Of a DNA stretch of 56,839 bases, positions 54,800-56,839 are shown in pieces (positions within the stretch are counted from its first letter, which is position 1; every line of letters starts with the position of its first letter). The stretch is taken from the NCBI GenBank assembly GCA_017463565.1, contig JAFTOZ010000004.1:1-56839 (forward strand), read 5' to 3'. A program made the translations under genes and the position numbers. The notes below the pieces were generated by a model that saw nothing but the letters and a program-made list of their open reading frames with translations, was not told the origin of the DNA and made no database searches. The DNA comes from Clostridia bacterium (GTDB lineage Bacteria > Bacillota > Clostridia > Christensenellales > CAG-1252).

Positions 54800-55567
54800 T
54801 TAATACTCTCTTTCGGCCACGAGAAAGTTTTGTTTGGGGGCGTCTACCACCGCTTCCTGCTCGTCTGCGTGCCATTCTTCTTCCTGCTCGATACGCAGCA
54901 TGGCCGCCATCGTGTTGCGAGCGCCGCACACGCGTCTGCCTGCACAGTCGCAAATCTCGCTCTCCCTGCGCAGCATCTCTACCGCCACGTAATCTGCGTC
55001 GAGCCTCTCGTCCAGCTTGGGGTATCCTGCCGCCAACAGGCTCTCGTTCAATATCGCCACGTTGTCCTTCCAATCTCTCTTGCAAAGAGGGGAGCTGGAG
55101 GCACTAAGCGCGTACAATATCAGGTGAGCACGACTCATAGGCTGATAAATATCGGTGGGCAAACCATCTGTCAACAGGCGCAAAATACCGCGGTTTGTCG
55201 GGGCAAAAAAGCAGATCGAAGTGGCAGGTAACGTGTGCAAAAGCTGATGTCCTGCGCGGGTCAGGTAGGCCTCGCCTTGCTTTTCATAGAAAAAGAAATC
55301 CTCTTGTAAATTGGTCAGTAGTTGCAACAATAGGTCCTTGGCACTCGGCAGACGCTCGCATTGGCGAATGCTATCCACCAACAGACGGTCCTCCACGTGG
55401 GCAAGCAACGGCAGCAGATTTTTGTGCAATTCTGCAAAGCACGCCTCAAACAGCACCTTATATTGGGGCGCGGTGGCCTCTACGTGCGGTTGTGGGGTAC
55501 TGTCGAAACGACGGCTGCGTAACAACTGAAAATACCATGTATGGTGATCGACCAATCTATTTTGCAT
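54800..55567 (-). CDS. hypothetical protein
   Basis: 255-aa ORF with protein-like helical composition. It has no good RBS of its own but follows a 10-codon uORF that has a strong RBS. Confidence 0.5.
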   Translation of the reverse strand: MQNRLVDHHTWYFQLLRSRRFDSTPQPHVEATAPQYKVLFEACFAELHKNLLPLLAHVEDRLLVDSIRQCERLPSAKDLLLQLLTNLQEDFFFYEKQGEAYLTRAGHQLLHTLPATSICFFAPTNRGILRLLTDGLPTDIYQPMSRAHLILYALSASSSPLCKRDWKDNVAILNESLLAAGYPKLDERLDADYVAVEMLRRESEICDCAGRRVCGARNTMAAMLRIEQEEEWHADEQEAVVDAPKQNFLVAEREY

Positions 55568-55694
55568 AGGATTTACCTGTAACCTTCATTTTTTGCCTCC
55601 CGAGGTATGGGTTTACTGATATTATAGACACATTTTTCTCCAAGCGCAACGCTTTCGCAAAAATTTGTTTTTCTACCCCCTCCAAAGGAAAGCG

Positions 55695-55723
55695 TTGACA
55701 ATTCCTTCTTTCGCGCCTATAAT
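55695..55723 (+). promoter_or_regulatory. consensus sigma-A promoter
   Basis: TTGACA (55695..55700), 17-nt spacer, TATAAT (55718..55723), 43 nt upstream of the ATG at 55766. Confidence 0.65.
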
Positions 55724-55765
55724 AGTAATATACCAAGTTTAGGCGGAAAACCGCCAGGAGGAAAT

Positions 55766-56284
55766 ATGGCCGCACGTCGAGTCAGTTGTTTCAAAGTATG
55801 TTGTATCGTATTTGCCGTTATCTTCGTTTTGGTCGTAGCGGTATCTTGCGTTGCTTTCCTCTATTCTCCCGACGCCGTCAAGATGGCAGACAAGTTGAGC
55901 AAGATGGAGGGTATCACCGTCAATAACAGCCTGGAAGAGGGCAGTGCGTTCACCCCCGAGGGCGGTATGTTGCTGTTGGGTCTTTCTTCCGTCTATGCCG
56001 AGGCCAATGGCGAGGGCGCAGTCCCCGTTGCGGCTCTGGAGTTCTATTCCACCGACGTAGACAGCGCGGACGAAAACTACGTACACGGTATCCTGCTGTA
56101 TACCAACAGCATCGAGGAGGCGTGGAAGACTTTCCTGCAATTCTATACCAACATCAGCGAATCGGGCGCCGCCAGCGAGGACGCATCCGATCCCACCGCT
56201 ATGATCTGCTTCGCACGTGGCAAGGCAGTCTACTGTGGCAACGCCGCCGGTCTGATGTACTTCTACGGCAAGGCGTTCATCTAA
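55766..56284 (+). CDS. membrane-anchored hypothetical protein
   Basis: 172-aa ORF behind AGGAGGA, with one N-terminal TM helix. Confidence 0.6.
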   Translation: MAARRVSCFKVCCIVFAVIFVLVVAVSCVAFLYSPDAVKMADKLSKMEGITVNNSLEEGSAFTPEGGMLLLGLSSVYAEANGEGAVPVAALEFYSTDVDSADENYVHGILLYTNSIEEAWKTFLQFYTNISESGAASEDASDPTAMICFARGKAVYCGNAAGLMYFYGKAFI

Positions 56285-56298
56285 GAACAAACGAATTT

Positions 56299-56327
56299 GG
56301 CCGCCGGTCTACGGCGGCTTTTATTTT
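56299..56327 (+). terminator. rho-independent terminator
   Basis: GGCCGCCG-GTCTA-CGGCGGC followed by TTTTATTTT. Confidence 0.8.
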
Positions 56328-56509
56328 GCCCGAAGCCCCGTACTGCCTACCGTACGTACGCACATACGCACGTAGCGAGCGCACGCACACACACGATACA
56401 TATTAGATTTTGCGCCCGTCCGCGCGCACTCGCGCGCGCTCTACAGTATAGGGAAGAAAATTTTCCGCAAAACCTGCAAAAAAAGAGTAAAAATAGCACT
56501 TCATTTCGG

Positions 56510-56538
56510 TTGACTTTTATTTTGCCTGCTCATATAAT
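56510..56538 (+). promoter_or_regulatory. near-consensus sigma-A promoter (upstream member of a tandem pair)
   Basis: TTGACT (56510..56515), 17-nt spacer, TATAAT (56533..56538), in AT-rich surroundings. Confidence 0.55.
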
Positions 56539-56612
56539 GACTATGCTAATACCGAGGAAGACGTTTTTGTTAAAAATTTCTTAGAAAATTTGCAAAAAGT
56601 TAGAAAAAAAAT

Positions 56613-56641
56613 TTGACAAAGATTTTTTAAAGTGTTAGTAT
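56613..56641 (+). promoter_or_regulatory. near-consensus sigma-A promoter (downstream member of a tandem pair)
   Basis: TTGACA (56613..56618), 17-nt spacer, TAGTAT (56636..56641), preceded by an A-rich UP-like tract. Confidence 0.5.
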
Positions 56642-56839
56642 GAATGGAGCGCGACTTGTGAAAGCGAGCGTGCGAAAGTAACTTGACAATAGAATAGATA
56701 GGTTTAAAGCGAAGTGTAATCCTTGTTAATTATACCCCGAAAGGGGAAACAAGAATATATGAGTTTTAATTTCTTTGAACCAGAAAACAAACAGTCTTTC
56801 TTAAAGAAAAAGAGATTAACTTAGTCAAGATTGAACTTA

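Overview
This 56.8-kb window looks chromosomal and comes from a fairly G+C-rich, spore-forming Bacillota (Clostridia-like) genome. The taxonomic call rests on spo0A, ricT/yaaT-holB, greA-lysS and a metG-tatD-radical SAM-rsmA block. All annotation comes from motifs I can read in the supplied translations and from hand inspection of intergenic DNA; no database search was run.

Gene content:
- Left end (1-7 kb) looks accessory. It holds a P-loop kinase-like protein, an APH-family kinase, a monocistronic TIR-domain protein with its own promoter and terminator, and a translationally coupled pair of large membrane proteins I cannot classify.
- 7.4-22.5 kb holds spo0A, a divergent zinc-ribbon/acidic-tail protein, a GDPD phosphodiesterase and several lipoproteins. 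It also holds a 56-aa 2x[4Fe-4S] ferredoxin missing from the ORF track, ricT, holB, an HtrA-like protease, a NUDIX protein, helD, an orphan citG and a DUF1893-like protein.
- 22.5-29.8 kb is one tightly overlapping minus-strand operon. It encodes the whole shikimate pathway plus chorismate mutase in five ORFs, one of them a four-domain AroC-CM-AroE-AroK fusion, followed by an Fe-S aldo/keto reductase.
- 29.9-47.1 kb holds an alpha/beta hydrolase, an ABC-F ATPase, a cobalamin riboswitch driving a DUF4430 lipoprotein plus an ECF S-component-like protein, and tRNA-Thr(GGU). The rest is an M32 carboxypeptidase, a CofE-like/FAD-protein pair, rsmA, a radical SAM protein, tatD, metG, a SIS protein, greA and lysS.
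- 47.2-52.2 kb is the most interesting block: an RHS/YD-repeat polymorphic toxin wedged between lysS and gap.
- The right end holds an Ldh_2 oxidoreductase, two hypotheticals, and tandem consensus promoters that probably lead into an rRNA operon beyond the window edge.

The RHS cassette:
- The gene is about 4.4 kb, with an AT-rich C-terminal toxin tip that I do not recognise.
- The 96-aa downstream protein reads like a free-standing EF-Tu domain III.
- A 24-bp direct repeat brackets the cassette.

Short intergenic repeat arrays: several unrelated arrays are present. Two share an odd architecture: a conserved 8-9-mer in direct copies separated by unique mini-hairpins, followed by the same number of inverted copies.
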